Positions 44,102-54,202 of a stretch of DNA of 64,000 nucleotides are shown one piece after another. The number at the start of each line of letters is the position of its first letter. Within the stretch, counting starts at the first letter, position 1. The stretch covers positions 10,930 through 74,929 of the forward strand of contig CACZCX010000001.1 of the NCBI GenBank assembly GCA_902779875.1. Direction: 5' to 3'. Position numbers and translations under genes: made by a program. The notes under the pieces were generated by a model. The model had not been told where the DNA came from. It worked only from the letters and a program-made list of their open reading frames with translations, and ran no database searches. This DNA comes from an uncultured Bacteroidales bacterium (lineage in GTDB: Bacteria > Bacteroidota > Bacteroidia > Bacteroidales > Bacteroidaceae).

Positions 44102-44986
44102 ATGAATGAAGTATTCGATATAAATCGTTTCGGTCGTTATCTTGTGACTGACATAAGGAATGCCGTAGACAGATTCGGCATATCGGTTCTGGTAATGTCG
44201 CTTATAGGTCTGGCTGCTTATATGCTCGTAGGCTCCTTCTCCCTGCTGCTCGGAAGCGGCTGGTACAGCCTGGGCGAGTTCGGCAGAATATTCATATGGA
44301 TACTGGCTTTTACCATAATGGTGATACTCGGCCCCGCTCAGATGTATGGATTCATTACCGATAAGAAAGAGGGAACCTCATTCCTCATGACACCGGTATC
44401 AACCCTGGAGAAGACGCTCTCCATGATCATTGTCTGCTGCCTTGTCATGCCTCTCAGCTATTATCTCATAACTATGTCGATTGACAGTATCCTCTGCCTG
44501 GTTGACAAGTCGTGCGGAAAATCCATACTCGTCCTTTTAGGTGACGTAAGGCAACTGATGCCCGAGGCCTTAAGGGAGATCTATGAGGAGACTCAGGAGC
44601 CCCTTTTCATGCATCCGTCACTTTCCATGCTGTCCAATCCCTGGCTTCTTGTCGATGACAGGATCCAGTCGATACTGATATTCCTGCTTGGCGCACTCTG
44701 TTTCAAGACTGCAAAACCTGCCAAGACCATAGGATGCCTGCTCATATTCAGTATGCTCGTAAGCCTTATCACCACTCCGATCATCCTGTTCGGAATGATG
44801 GACAAGATGAAGATGCTCACAGATATGAACCCCGATTCCCTATCATCGGAACAGATTCTTGATATGTTCCCCACACTCAGCTGGGCAATGCAGCATCTGC
44901 CGACGATTGACACGGTATCCGATACTGTAACCAACCTGTTGCTGTGCTTCTTCATCTGGCTCAGGGTAAAGAGAATCAAACACTAA
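44102..44986 (+). CDS. Polytopic membrane protein (probable permease partner of the ABC ATPase)
   Basis: 294 aa with about 6 hydrophobic helices. It is operonic with the ATPase and the GntR regulator. Confidence 0.6.
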   Translation: MNEVFDINRFGRYLVTDIRNAVDRFGISVLVMSLIGLAAYMLVGSFSLLLGSGWYSLGEFGRIFIWILAFTIMVILGPAQMYGFITDKKEGTSFLMTPVSTLEKTLSMIIVCCLVMPLSYYLITMSIDSILCLVDKSCGKSILVLLGDVRQLMPEALREIYEETQEPLFMHPSLSMLSNPWLLVDDRIQSILIFLLGALCFKTAKPAKTIGCLLIFSMLVSLITTPIILFGMMDKMKMLTDMNPDSLSSEQILDMFPTLSWAMQHLPTIDTVSDTVTNLLLCFFIWLRVKRIKH

Positions 44987-45002
44987 ATAAAACTGTCATA
45001 CT

Positions 45003-45344
45003 ATGGAATTCAATCAGAACAAACCTATATATCTCCAGATTGCCGACGGGATCAGCGAGAAGATCCTGAGCGGTGAGCTAAAGGAGGGTGACAGGATACT
45101 GTCAGTACGTGAGCTTGGCGGCGAGCTGGGCGTGAACCCCAATACTGCCATGCGTAGTTATGAGAAACTTACAATGGACGGAATCATATACAATCAGCGC
45201 GGAATAGGTTATTTCGTGTCGGAGGGAGCCCGTAAGATCGCTCTTGAAAAGATGCGCACCGACTTCCTTGAGAACGAGCTGCCGCTCATATTGCGTAAGA
45301 TTCAGCTGTTGGAACTTAAAGCCGATGATATACTCAATCCTTAA
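45003..45344 (+). CDS. GntR-family transcriptional regulator, short YtrA-like subtype
   Basis: 113 aa consisting of only a winged-HTH (PIYLQIADGI...SVRELGGELGVNPNTAMRSYEKL) plus a short C-terminal helix. Confidence 0.85.
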   Translation: MEFNQNKPIYLQIADGISEKILSGELKEGDRILSVRELGGELGVNPNTAMRSYEKLTMDGIIYNQRGIGYFVSEGARKIALEKMRTDFLENELPLILRKIQLLELKADDILNP

Positions 45345-45361
45345 TCCTTGTTTGCACAATT

Positions 45362-45400
45362 AAAAACGGAAACCTGCGGCGGGTTTCCGTTTTCTTTTTT
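45362..45400 (+). terminator. Rho-independent terminator of the ABC/GntR operon
   Basis: aaaaacggaaacc-tgcggcg-ggtttccgtttt followed by a T-run. Confidence 0.85.
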
Positions 45401-45441
45401 GTATCTTCGTGACATTATCGTTTGAACCAAAAACAACCACT

Positions 45442-47616
45442 ATGGGAGGAAGATCATACAAAGGAGGTGTCCGCCTGAACCGCAGGACCATGACGGACCT
45501 TGTAACTGACTGGTTCCGTGACAACCAGCAGAGTGCCATCAGTGTCAAGAGACTCTATGACGAGCTCAAGCTCAAGACCCATCCCATGCGCAGCATGTGC
45601 CTGGATATAGTGCTCGACCTTGTTGAGGACGGATTCCTCAAGGAGAAGGACGGACAGTTCCAGCTCATGCAGAAAAGTACCTTCCTTGAGGGTGTGCTTC
45701 AGCGTCGCGTGGGCGGCAAGAACTTCCTGGTGCCCGATGACGGCAGCGACCCCGTATTCGTAGCCGAGCGCAACTCGGCCGGAGCCCTGAACGGCGACCG
45801 CGTCAAGGTGGTGCTTTTTGCCCGCAAACCCCATTCCGGTCCTGAGGGTGAGGTTACCGAGATACTCAAACGTGCCAAGGACACATTCGTAGGTACGCTT
45901 CAGGTCAAGGGCAAGTTCGCATATCTGGTCACTCCCGACCGTTCCGATAAGGACATATTCATACCCCTGTCAGCCCTCAAGAAGGGCCGTGACGGAGAGA
46001 AGGCGGTGGTTAAGGTTGTTGAATGGCCCGATACCCCCGACCGCAACCCCGTGGGCAAGGTAATAGACATACTTGGTGCTGCCGGTGAGAACAACACCGA
46101 GATGCATGCCATACTCGCAGAGTACGGACTGCCCTACAGCTATCCGGAAAATGTTGAGGAGGCAGCCAATCACATACCTGCTGCCATTGATGAGGCAGCA
46201 CTTGCAGGCCGTGAGGATTTCCGTGACGTCGTTACGTTCACCATTGACCCGCGTGACGCCAAGGACTTTGACGATGCCCTCTCCATACGTCCCATCAGGA
46301 AGGGACTCTGGGAGGTAGGAGTCCATATAGCCGATGTCAGCTACTACGTACAGGAGGGAAGCATCATTGACAAGGAGGCGTTCAAGAGGGCTACATCGGT
46401 CTATCTGGTTGACCGTACCATCCCCATGCTACCTGAGAAACTCTGCAACAACCTCTGCTCCCTGCGTCAGGATGAGGAGAAACTCACCTATTCGGTTATC
46501 CTGGAGATGACCGATGCAGGCGTAGTCAAGAACTCCCGCATAGCACGTACCATAATAAAGAGCAACCGCCGATTCACCTATGAGGAGGTTCAGGCCATCA
46601 TAGAACGTGAGCAGCAGGGCGGTAAGGAGCCGCTTCCGGGCGATGAGTTCAGGAATGAGATCATGACCCTCGACTCACTTGCCAAGATACTGCGTGACAA
46701 ACGTTTCGTGGACGGAGCCCTGAGTTTTGACCGCGTGGAGGTGAGGTTTGACATTGACGAGAAGGGACACCCTGTAAGCGTCTTCTTCAAGGAGTCCAAG
46801 GATGCCAACAAACTGGTTGAGGAGTTCATGCTCCTGGCCAACCGTACCGTGGCGGAGTTCGTGGGCGTCAAGAAGGGAAGCTCGGCTCCCAAGACATTCG
46901 TCTACCGTGTCCATGACGAGCCCGATCCCGAGCGTATGGGTAACCTGCAGCAGTTCGTGGCCAAGTTCGGCTACAAACTCAAGGCTACCGGTGACCCTGT
47001 GGATATGGCCAAGTCCATGAACAAGATGCTCGCCGAGGTCAAGGGTAAGAAGGAGCAGGAACTGATTGAGACCATCTCCATCCGTTCCATGCAGAAAGCC
47101 TGCTACACCACCGAGAACATCGGCCACTACGGACTGGCATTCAAATACTACACTCACTTTACATCGCCCATACGCCGTTATCCGGACCTTATGGTACACC
47201 GTCTGCTTACCCGTTACCTCAGTGGCGGACGCAGCGTGAACCAGTCCAAGTATGAGGAGTACTGCGAACACTGTTCAGGCCGTGAGCAGCTTGCCGAACA
47301 GGCCGAGCGCGCCAGCATCAAGTACAAGCAGGTTGAGTATATGGCCGACCGTATGGGACAGGAGTTCGATGCCGTGATAAGCGGCGTTACGGAGTGGGGA
47401 ATCTACGCTGAAATCATAGAGAACAAGTGTGAGGGTATGATTCCTATCCGCAGCCTGGGCGGTGATTACTTTGAGTTCGATGACAAGAACTACTGCCTTA
47501 CAGGACAGCGCACGCGCAAGCGTTACCGTCTGGGCGATCACGTCAAGATCAAGGTGGTACGCTGCAATCTTGAAAAGAAACAGATGGATTACGAACTGGT
47601 GTCAGTCCAGGAGTAA
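45442..47616 (+). CDS. rnr: Ribonuclease R
   Basis: RNB-domain motif DPRDAKDFDDALS, a cold-shock-like N-terminal region and a C-terminal S1 domain. I chose the ATG at 45442 because the longest ORF starts at a GTG overlapping a TATCTTCG promoter-like box. Confidence 0.9.
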   Translation: MGGRSYKGGVRLNRRTMTDLVTDWFRDNQQSAISVKRLYDELKLKTHPMRSMCLDIVLDLVEDGFLKEKDGQFQLMQKSTFLEGVLQRRVGGKNFLVPDDGSDPVFVAERNSAGALNGDRVKVVLFARKPHSGPEGEVTEILKRAKDTFVGTLQVKGKFAYLVTPDRSDKDIFIPLSALKKGRDGEKAVVKVVEWPDTPDRNPVGKVIDILGAAGENNTEMHAILAEYGLPYSYPENVEEAANHIPAAIDEAALAGREDFRDVVTFTIDPRDAKDFDDALSIRPIRKGLWEVGVHIADVSYYVQEGSIIDKEAFKRATSVYLVDRTIPMLPEKLCNNLCSLRQDEEKLTYSVILEMTDAGVVKNSRIARTIIKSNRRFTYEEVQAIIEREQQGGKEPLPGDEFRNEIMTLDSLAKILRDKRFVDGALSFDRVEVRFDIDEKGHPVSVFFKESKDANKLVEEFMLLANRTVAEFVGVKKGSSAPKTFVYRVHDEPDPERMGNLQQFVAKFGYKLKATGDPVDMAKSMNKMLAEVKGKKEQELIETISIRSMQKACYTTENIGHYGLAFKYYTHFTSPIRRYPDLMVHRLLTRYLSGGRSVNQSKYEEYCEHCSGREQLAEQAERASIKYKQVEYMADRMGQEFDAVISGVTEWGIYAEIIENKCEGMIPIRSLGGDYFEFDDKNYCLTGQRTRKRYRLGDHVKIKVVRCNLEKKQMDYELVSVQE

Positions 47617-47620
47617 GGGC

Positions 47621-48742
47621 TTACTCGGCGCAACGGCGCACTGCATCGGTCATATTGGACCAGGAGTATTTCCTTTTCTCATCCTCGATACCGCGGATGA
47701 ACTCCTCCTGGCGGTTGTTCTCAAAGAAATCAACCAATCCATCGGCAATTCGGGCCGGCTCAGGTTCAACCACGTAGCCGGCCTTTCCGTTGGGTACTAT
47801 CTCGGCCAGGCCGCCCACATCGGTCACCAGCATGGGCTTTACAAAGTGGTAGGCTATCTGTGAGACGCCGCTCTGGGTGGCGGTCTTGTAGGGTTGTGCT
47901 ATGATATCGGCTGCACCAAAGCAGTAACGGACCTTATCGGAGGGTATGAACTCGTTCTTCCAGATTACAAGGCCCTCAAGCCCCAGCTTTTTCTCCAGGT
48001 CGAAATACTTCTGTGACGAGCCGTAGAACTCACCGGTCACGAGCAGGCGGACATTCTGTTCACGCAGGCGCTTATCGGAATAGGCCTCAAGAAGCAGGTC
48101 CAGACCCTTGTAGTCACGTATCAGTCCAAAGAACAGTATATACCGGAACGAGGGGTCGAGTCCAAGTTCCTTAAGTGACTCCTCACGGGTGGCGGGAGTG
48201 CCGAAATGGTCATATAGGGGGTGAGGACAGAATCGGCGCGGTTTGGCGGTGTCGAACATTCCTATCTGACTCAACACAGCCTCGGAGAGGGCCACGTATG
48301 CATCGACAGACTTTATGAACCAGCGTGAAAGTATCCTGTCACCGGGCTTATGCTCATGGGGAATCAGGTTATGGAGTATGGCTATGCGCCTGGCTCCGGA
48401 GCGACGCACAAGACGTGATACGGCTCCTACCGATACTCCCATGAAAGGCATCCAGAACGGAGCTATCAGTATGTCGGGAGCTATGCGGCGTATGGCACGT
48501 GCGGTCTTGAACCAGCTCAGCGGGTTGACGGAGTTGAGCATCATGACAGTGTCAAGGCCCTCAGGCTGGGGATCGGGAGAATACTGTGTCTTTCCGGGAA
48601 ACAGGAATGAGGGATACTGGAGGGTGAAGGTTATGATCCTGACCTCATGCCCCTCCTTTACGAACTCCTGCGCAAGGCGGTTGTTGAAATCTGCTATACC
48701 TCCACGATATGGCCATGCCGTACCCAAAATGACAATTTTCAT
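47621..48742 (-). CDS. Glycosyltransferase family 4 (GT-B, group 1)
   Basis: MKIVILGTAWPYRGGIA N-terminus and a C-terminal GT1 core (…PMLVTDVGGLAEIV). The ATG at 48742 has a TATTTTTG box 26 nt upstream. Confidence 0.7.
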   Translation of the reverse strand: MKIVILGTAWPYRGGIADFNNRLAQEFVKEGHEVRIITFTLQYPSFLFPGKTQYSPDPQPEGLDTVMMLNSVNPLSWFKTARAIRRIAPDILIAPFWMPFMGVSVGAVSRLVRRSGARRIAILHNLIPHEHKPGDRILSRWFIKSVDAYVALSEAVLSQIGMFDTAKPRRFCPHPLYDHFGTPATREESLKELGLDPSFRYILFFGLIRDYKGLDLLLEAYSDKRLREQNVRLLVTGEFYGSSQKYFDLEKKLGLEGLVIWKNEFIPSDKVRYCFGAADIIAQPYKTATQSGVSQIAYHFVKPMLVTDVGGLAEIVPNGKAGYVVEPEPARIADGLVDFFENNRQEEFIRGIEDEKRKYSWSNMTDAVRRCAE

Positions 48743-48767
48743 ATTGACCTGATTGCGTATTGTGGAG

Positions 48768-48775
48768 CAAAAATA
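48768..48775 (-). promoter_or_regulatory. -7 promoter box (TATTTTTG) for the GT4 gene
   Basis: Exact TAnnTTTG on the minus strand. It lies back-to-back with an imperfect TACTTTCG (48777-48784, plus strand) for the divergent YfhO-like gene. Confidence 0.45.
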
Positions 48776-48814
48776 GTACTTTCGCACAAATTATAGTCAC
48801 ATAACCGCAACAAC

Positions 48815-51259
48815 ATGGATAAGAGCAAGTTCAAAAAGTATCTTCCCTATTTGGTGGCAATAGCCCTGTTTGCCGTCATCTCATCACTTTACTGCCTCCC
48901 CGTATTCCAGGGTAAGGTCATATACACCGGTGATGACATCCAGGTAACATCGGCCATCCAGGAACCCAACCGCTACCATGCCGAGACAGGCAACTACACC
49001 TGGTGGACCGGCTCCATGTTCTCGGGAATGCCCAACTATCAGGTAGGTGGAGGCAAGTACCTCTCCGCAAAGCTCATGAGGCCTCTCATCAAGGTCTTGC
49101 ACCCCTCTTCAAAGAAGATGCCGCTGGTGTTCATCATGTTCTTTACCTGCTTCTTTATCCTGATGCGCTCCTTCAAGGTCGATAAATGGCTCTCCATAGT
49201 GGGTGCCCTGGCCACTGGATTCTCGTCGTACTTCTTTATAATCGAGGCTGCCGGACATAACGGTAAGGCGTGGTCCATAGCCCTCATGTCAGTGGTACTT
49301 GGCGGTTTCTATCTTATCTACAGCAAACGTTACGGTGCAGGTGTGGCGCTCACAATGGTGTTCACCGCCATGGGATTCTATCCCCACCTACAGATGACAT
49401 ACTACATGTTCATGCTCATAGGAGTCCTCTTCTTTGCCGAGCTTTACATTCACATCAAGGAAAAGAGATACAAGGATTTCCTGGTCGCCACCCTGCTCTT
49501 TGCCGCCTCGGTGGGCATCGGTATGGGAACCGGTTCCGCCAACATATTCTCCACTAAGGAGTACACCAACGAGACCATGCGCGGCGGTCATTCTGATCTC
49601 ACCCCAGAGTCCGATGCCAACAATAACGGTGGTCTCAGCCTGGATTACGTCACTGTCTGGAGCTACGGAATAGACGAGTCTCTTACGTTCCTTGTTCCCG
49701 GTATGATGGGAACGGCCACTGGATATGACTTAGGTGAGAACTCGAACTTCAGCAAGGCACTTGTCAGTAAAGGTGCTTCAAAGGCAGTGGCCAGACAGTA
49801 CTCTCAGTCGGCTCCTGTCTATTGGGGCGAGCAGCCTTTCACGGTGGGCTCGGTATATGCAGGTGCCGCCGTCTGCTTCCTTTTCCTGCTCGGATTGCTT
49901 CTGGTCAAGGGACCCTATAAGTGGGGACTGCTAATAGCCACCTGTTTCTCTTTCGCTCTGTCATGGGGCAGGAACTGGATGGGACTTACCGAGTTATTCT
50001 TTAACTGGTTCCCCCTCTATGACAAGTTCCGGTCGGTTTCATCGATCCTTATAGTTGCGGAGATAACCATGCCTCTGCTCGGATTCCTGGCCGTCAAGCA
50101 GATTATGGACGGCAAGATAGAGAAGGAGCGTGTAAACAAATCCATATACATCGCAGCCGGCGTGACAGGTGGCATATGTCTTGTGCTGGCGCTGTTCGGA
50201 GGTTCAATGTTCTCCTTCACTTCATCGTATGATGCACAACATGAATTTCCTGACTGGCTCTATGCGGCACTTATTGATGACCGCGCCGCAATGCTGCGCA
50301 GCGACTCGTTCCGTTCGCTGCTGTTCGTGCTGGCTACAGCAGCCGTGGTATGGCTGTTCTCAAACGGCAAGCTCAAGAGTCATGTCATGGTGCTCCTGCT
50401 GGGAGTGATAGTAATAGCCGATATGTGGCCGGTTGACCGCCGTTTCCTCAATGACAGCAACTATGTCACACTGAAACAGAACCAGAGCGGCTATGCCATG
50501 CAGCCTTATGAGAAGGCCATCCTTGCTGATACCGATCCCCATTTCAGGGTCATGAACCTGACTGTGAGAACCTTCAATGACGCCAGGACATCATACTATC
50601 TCAAGTCACTTGGCGGCTACTGCGCAGCCAAGCTCCGCCGTTATCAGGATATTATTGACATGTACCTTTCCAAGGTCGATATAGACGTGATCAGCATGCT
50701 CAACGGCAAGTATATCATAACCCAGGATAATGACGGTCAGGTCAAGCCGATGCGTAACCCCGGAGTCCTGGGTAACGCATGGTTCGTTGACAGCATCGTA
50801 ACAGTATCGGGAGCAGCACAGGAGTGCGACGCCATCGGTCAGGTCAACCTGCGCAATACTGCTGTAGTAGGTGAGGATTTTGCCGGTTTCATCAGCGGAT
50901 TCCGTCCGGGTCATGATGCATCGGCCTCGATAAAGCTCAACACCTACGCACCTGATGTGCTTACATATACCTCCAATTCATCGGCCGATGGAGTGGCTGT
51001 GTTCTCCGAGATATATTATCCCTACGGCTGGAACGCCTACATAGACGGAAAGAAGGCGGAGCTGTTCCGCGCGAACTATCTGCTACGTGCCCTGAATATA
51101 CCGGCAGGACAGCACGAGATACGGATGGAGTTCCGTCCCGAGAGCGTCAGGAAGGGTAACATCCTTTCAGGAATATTTATAGGGATAATGTATGCTACCG
51201 TTCTGGGACTGATAGCAGGAACTCTAATAAAGAGAGGTCGTCAGCGTAAGTCAGCTTGA
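48815..51259 (+). CDS. Large polytopic membrane protein, YfhO-like (GT-C-type glycosylation protein)
   Basis: 814 aa: about 12 N-terminal TM helices, a large soluble region and a terminal TM helix plus basic tail. The architecture matches the YfhO family as I recall it. Confidence 0.55.
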   Translation: MDKSKFKKYLPYLVAIALFAVISSLYCLPVFQGKVIYTGDDIQVTSAIQEPNRYHAETGNYTWWTGSMFSGMPNYQVGGGKYLSAKLMRPLIKVLHPSSKKMPLVFIMFFTCFFILMRSFKVDKWLSIVGALATGFSSYFFIIEAAGHNGKAWSIALMSVVLGGFYLIYSKRYGAGVALTMVFTAMGFYPHLQMTYYMFMLIGVLFFAELYIHIKEKRYKDFLVATLLFAASVGIGMGTGSANIFSTKEYTNETMRGGHSDLTPESDANNNGGLSLDYVTVWSYGIDESLTFLVPGMMGTATGYDLGENSNFSKALVSKGASKAVARQYSQSAPVYWGEQPFTVGSVYAGAAVCFLFLLGLLLVKGPYKWGLLIATCFSFALSWGRNWMGLTELFFNWFPLYDKFRSVSSILIVAEITMPLLGFLAVKQIMDGKIEKERVNKSIYIAAGVTGGICLVLALFGGSMFSFTSSYDAQHEFPDWLYAALIDDRAAMLRSDSFRSLLFVLATAAVVWLFSNGKLKSHVMVLLLGVIVIADMWPVDRRFLNDSNYVTLKQNQSGYAMQPYEKAILADTDPHFRVMNLTVRTFNDARTSYYLKSLGGYCAAKLRRYQDIIDMYLSKVDIDVISMLNGKYIITQDNDGQVKPMRNPGVLGNAWFVDSIVTVSGAAQECDAIGQVNLRNTAVVGEDFAGFISGFRPGHDASASIKLNTYAPDVLTYTSNSSADGVAVFSEIYYPYGWNAYIDGKKAELFRANYLLRALNIPAGQHEIRMEFRPESVRKGNILSGIFIGIMYATVLGLIAGTLIKRGRQRKSA

Positions 51260-51899
51260 TATTACGTTCGCTTCCGCGTACAATGCCTACCTTCTCATCG
51301 GGGAGGTAGCGCAGGACCGTGCCGCAGTCATCGGTAGCCTTGAACTGCGGGTCCTTTAAGGCTATACGGTAAGCCTGTTCTATTGTCTTCTGGCGGAAGC
51401 CCTGGGGAGTCTGCATCCTCCACAGCAGGCTGCGGTCCTGGATGGAGTCCATCTCGCGGCCCTGGTCGTCACATTTTACTATGGTATCAACTGCGGGAAT
51501 GGCCACGTCGACGGCGTTGTAGCTCTCCATGGCCTTGAGAGTGTCGGTTATTATGCGGTCCGATACAAGCGGACGGGCGGCATCGTGAAAGAGCATCACG
51601 GTATCGGGAGCCTCGCTGTAATATCGGACGGCCGACAGGCTGGAGTCATAACGCTCCTTTCCACCGGCCAATACGGCCCTAAGTTTGGTCCATCCGTTGC
51701 GCCGGGCCATCTCCTTGACCTTATCCATGAATTCAGGTGATGTGACTATCACCACCTCATCAATGCCTTTATGGTCGTGGAATGTCTGTACGGAATGTTC
51801 CAAAACAGTCTTTCCACCCAAAGGCAGGAACTGCTTAGGGGTGGAAAGGCCGGTTCTTGAACCGGAGCCTGCAGCCAATATCACAGCTACATTCTTCAT
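51195..51899 (-). CDS. ispD: 2-C-methyl-D-erythritol 4-phosphate cytidylyltransferase
   Basis: MKNVAVILAAGSGSRTG...PKQF and collinear IspD length. It lies immediately downstream of metG. The 3' end overlaps the convergent YfhO-like gene by 65 nt. Confidence 0.8.
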   Translation of the reverse strand: MKNVAVILAAGSGSRTGLSTPKQFLPLGGKTVLEHSVQTFHDHKGIDEVVIVTSPEFMDKVKEMARRNGWTKLRAVLAGGKERYDSSLSAVRYYSEAPDTVMLFHDAARPLVSDRIITDTLKAMESYNAVDVAIPAVDTIVKCDDQGREMDSIQDRSLLWRMQTPQGFRQKTIEQAYRIALKDPQFKATDDCGTVLRYLPDEKVGIVRGSERNIKLTYADDLSLLEFLLSVPER

Positions 51900-51905
51900 C
51901 TCTTT

Positions 51906-53966
51906 TCAGCAAACCTCGCTTCCGGGTTTTACCGGACGCTGAACGGTTGTTACGGCCAGTGTGCCGTCGGCATCGAGAGCGCTCAGTATCATACCCTGGC
52001 TCTCACGGCCCAGTATCTTGCGCGGAGCAAGGTTGGCAATGAAGCAAACCTGCTTGCCTACCAGATCCTCAGGGTTGTAGTAGTTTGCTATACCTGACAG
52101 GATGGTGCGGCCGCCCAGACCGTCATCGATCCTGAACTGGAGCAGCTTGTCTGACTTGGGCACCTTGGTGCACTCGAGCACTGTTCCTACGCGGATATCG
52201 AGTTTCTCGAACTCGGGGAACTGGATATTCTCCTTGATGGGCTTGGCAGGCTGTGCTGCTGCGGCAGCCTTCTCGTTCTCCTCCTTGCGCTTGAGCAGCT
52301 TCTGAATCTGAGCCTCAATCACGTCATCCTCAATCTTCTCGAACAGCAGCTCGGGCTTGCTGAGCTTGTGGCCGGCGGGAAGCAGGTCGATTGAACCCAG
52401 ACGGTCCCACTGTGCACCCTCGAGTGATATCATGCCGCGCAGTTTCTCGCTTGAGAAAGGCAGGAACGGCTCGAACGCGATTGCCAGGTTGGCAACCAAC
52501 TGGAGAGCTATGTTCAGGATGGTCTCGACACGCTTCATATCGGTCTTGGCAAGTTTCCAGGGCTCGGTATCGGCCAGGTACTTGTTACCTATGCGGGCCA
52601 GGTTCATGGCCTCCTTCTGGGCGTCGCGGAACTTGAAGTTGTCCAGAAGTGACTCCAGCTGCTGCTTGACATCGGCAAACTCCTTGAGAGTGTCGCGGTC
52701 ATAGTCTGTCAGCTCGCCGCAGGGCGGAACCACGCCGTCAAAGTATTTCTGGGTGAGAACCAGGGCGCGGTTCACAAAGTTACCGTATACGGCAACAAGC
52801 TCGTTGTTGTTGCGTGCCTGGAAATCCTTCCATGTAAAGTTGTTGTCCTTGGTCTCGGGAGCGTTGGCGGTAAGCACGTAACGCATTACATCGGCCTTGC
52901 CGGGGAAATCCTCCAGATACTCGTGTACCCATACGGCCCAGTTGCGTGAGGTCGATATCTTGTCATCCTCCAGATTCAGGAACTCGTTGCTCGGAACGTT
53001 GTCGGGCAGTATGTATGAACCCTCAGCCTTAAGCATGGAGGGGAATACTATGCAGTGGAATACGATGTTGTCCTTACCGATGAAATGAACCAGACGGGTC
53101 TCGGGATCCTTCCACCAGGTCTCCCAACTGCCACGCTCGGGGTGCTCGTCGCAATACTCCTTGGTGTTGCTTATATAGCCTATGGGAGCATCGAACCACA
53201 CGTAGAGAACCTTACCCTCGGCTCCCTCAACGGGAACGGGGATACCCCAGTCAAGGTCACGGCTCACGGCACGGGGCTGAAGACCCATGTCAAGCCAGCT
53301 CTTGCACTGACCGTATACATTGGGACGCCACTCCTTGTGCTCCTCCAGGATCCATTTCTCCAGCCACTGCTGATACTGCTCCAGAGGCAGGTACCAGTGT
53401 GTGGTCTCCTTCATTACGGGCTTGCTGCCGCTTACGGTACTAACCGGATTAATGAGCTCGGTGGGTGAGAGTGATGTACCGCACTTCTCGCACTGGTCAC
53501 CGTATGCGTGGTCGTAGTGACAGTGAGGGCATTCACCGGTTATGTAGCGGTCTGCCAGGAACATGTGAGCCTCCTCGTCATAGTACTGCTCGCTTGTCTT
53601 CTGGATGAACTTGCCGGTGTCATAGAGCTTGCGGAAAAAGTCGGCTGCAAGCTTATGGTGAACAGGAGAACTGGTACGGCCGTAGATATCGTACGATATA
53701 CCCATTCCCTTAAAGGTGTCCTTCATCAGATAGTGATAGCGGTCAATGATCTCCTTGGGAGTCACGCCCTCTTTCTTGGCGCGGATGGTGATGGGCACAC
53801 CGTGCTCGTCACTACCGCCGATGAACATCACGTCGACTTTCTTAAGGCGTTGGTAACGTACAAAAATATCGGCAGGAACATATGCACCGGCCAGGTGTCC
53901 GATATGAAGCGGACCGTTGGCGTAGGGCAGTGCCGATGTAACCAGAATTCTCTTGTAGTCTTTCAT
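51906..53966 (-). CDS. metG: Methionine--tRNA ligase
   Basis: PLHIGHLAG (HIGH), zinc knuckles CPHC...CEKCG, KISTSRN (KMSKS variant), and a C-terminal tRNA-binding (EMAP-like) domain. I preferred the ATG at 53966 over the TTG at 53978. Confidence 0.95.
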   Translation of the reverse strand: MKDYKRILVTSALPYANGPLHIGHLAGAYVPADIFVRYQRLKKVDVMFIGGSDEHGVPITIRAKKEGVTPKEIIDRYHYLMKDTFKGMGISYDIYGRTSSPVHHKLAADFFRKLYDTGKFIQKTSEQYYDEEAHMFLADRYITGECPHCHYDHAYGDQCEKCGTSLSPTELINPVSTVSGSKPVMKETTHWYLPLEQYQQWLEKWILEEHKEWRPNVYGQCKSWLDMGLQPRAVSRDLDWGIPVPVEGAEGKVLYVWFDAPIGYISNTKEYCDEHPERGSWETWWKDPETRLVHFIGKDNIVFHCIVFPSMLKAEGSYILPDNVPSNEFLNLEDDKISTSRNWAVWVHEYLEDFPGKADVMRYVLTANAPETKDNNFTWKDFQARNNNELVAVYGNFVNRALVLTQKYFDGVVPPCGELTDYDRDTLKEFADVKQQLESLLDNFKFRDAQKEAMNLARIGNKYLADTEPWKLAKTDMKRVETILNIALQLVANLAIAFEPFLPFSSEKLRGMISLEGAQWDRLGSIDLLPAGHKLSKPELLFEKIEDDVIEAQIQKLLKRKEENEKAAAAAQPAKPIKENIQFPEFEKLDIRVGTVLECTKVPKSDKLLQFRIDDGLGGRTILSGIANYYNPEDLVGKQVCFIANLAPRKILGRESQGMILSALDADGTLAVTTVQRPVKPGSEVC

Positions 53967-53992
53967 ATTGTGTCTCAACTTGTTTCAGACCG

Positions 53993-54000
53993 CAAAGTTA
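53993..54000 (-). promoter_or_regulatory. -7 promoter box (TAACTTTG) for metG
   Basis: Exact TAnnTTTG on the minus strand 27 nt upstream of the ATG at 53966. Confidence 0.5.
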
Positions 54001-54032
54001 ATAAAAATAGTGACACAATATGGAGTTCTCTA

Positions 54033-54202
54033 ACCGTCCCCTTGGGGAAAATAAATTTCGGGGGTATCAGTATCTGAAACTACGCGCTTCGCGCTATCCC
54101 TCCCACGCCTTCGGCGCGGGCCCCTCCCGTTCACAGCGACACGGGCGTCGATGGTTTCCTATACTGATACCCCCAAAATTTATTTTCCCCAAGAGGAACG
54201 GT
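54033..54202. repeat. About 170-nt element with ~40-bp terminal inverted repeats and a GC-rich structured core (MITE-like or structured RNA)
   Basis: The left arm 54033-54073 is the reverse complement of the right arm 54161-54202. The core 32 bp has a single mismatch. The 87-nt core holds several short GC hairpins. The right arm supplies the last 8 codons and the stop of the comM-like gene. Confidence 0.85.

Noticed and set aside
47611-47626. A small hairpin (gagtaag-gg-cttactc) containing the stop codons of both rnr and the convergent GT4 gene
   Set aside because: The stem is only 6-7 bp with a minimal loop and no U-run. It is probably a coincidence of two opposed TAA stops 4 nt apart and is too weak to call a terminator.
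54033-54202. The inverted-repeat-flanked segment as a Bacteroides-type invertible promoter (fin/Tsr shufflon)
   Set aside because: The invertible core would be only 87 nt. It contains no TAnnTTTG box in either orientation, and no serine or tyrosine recombinase gene is nearby.
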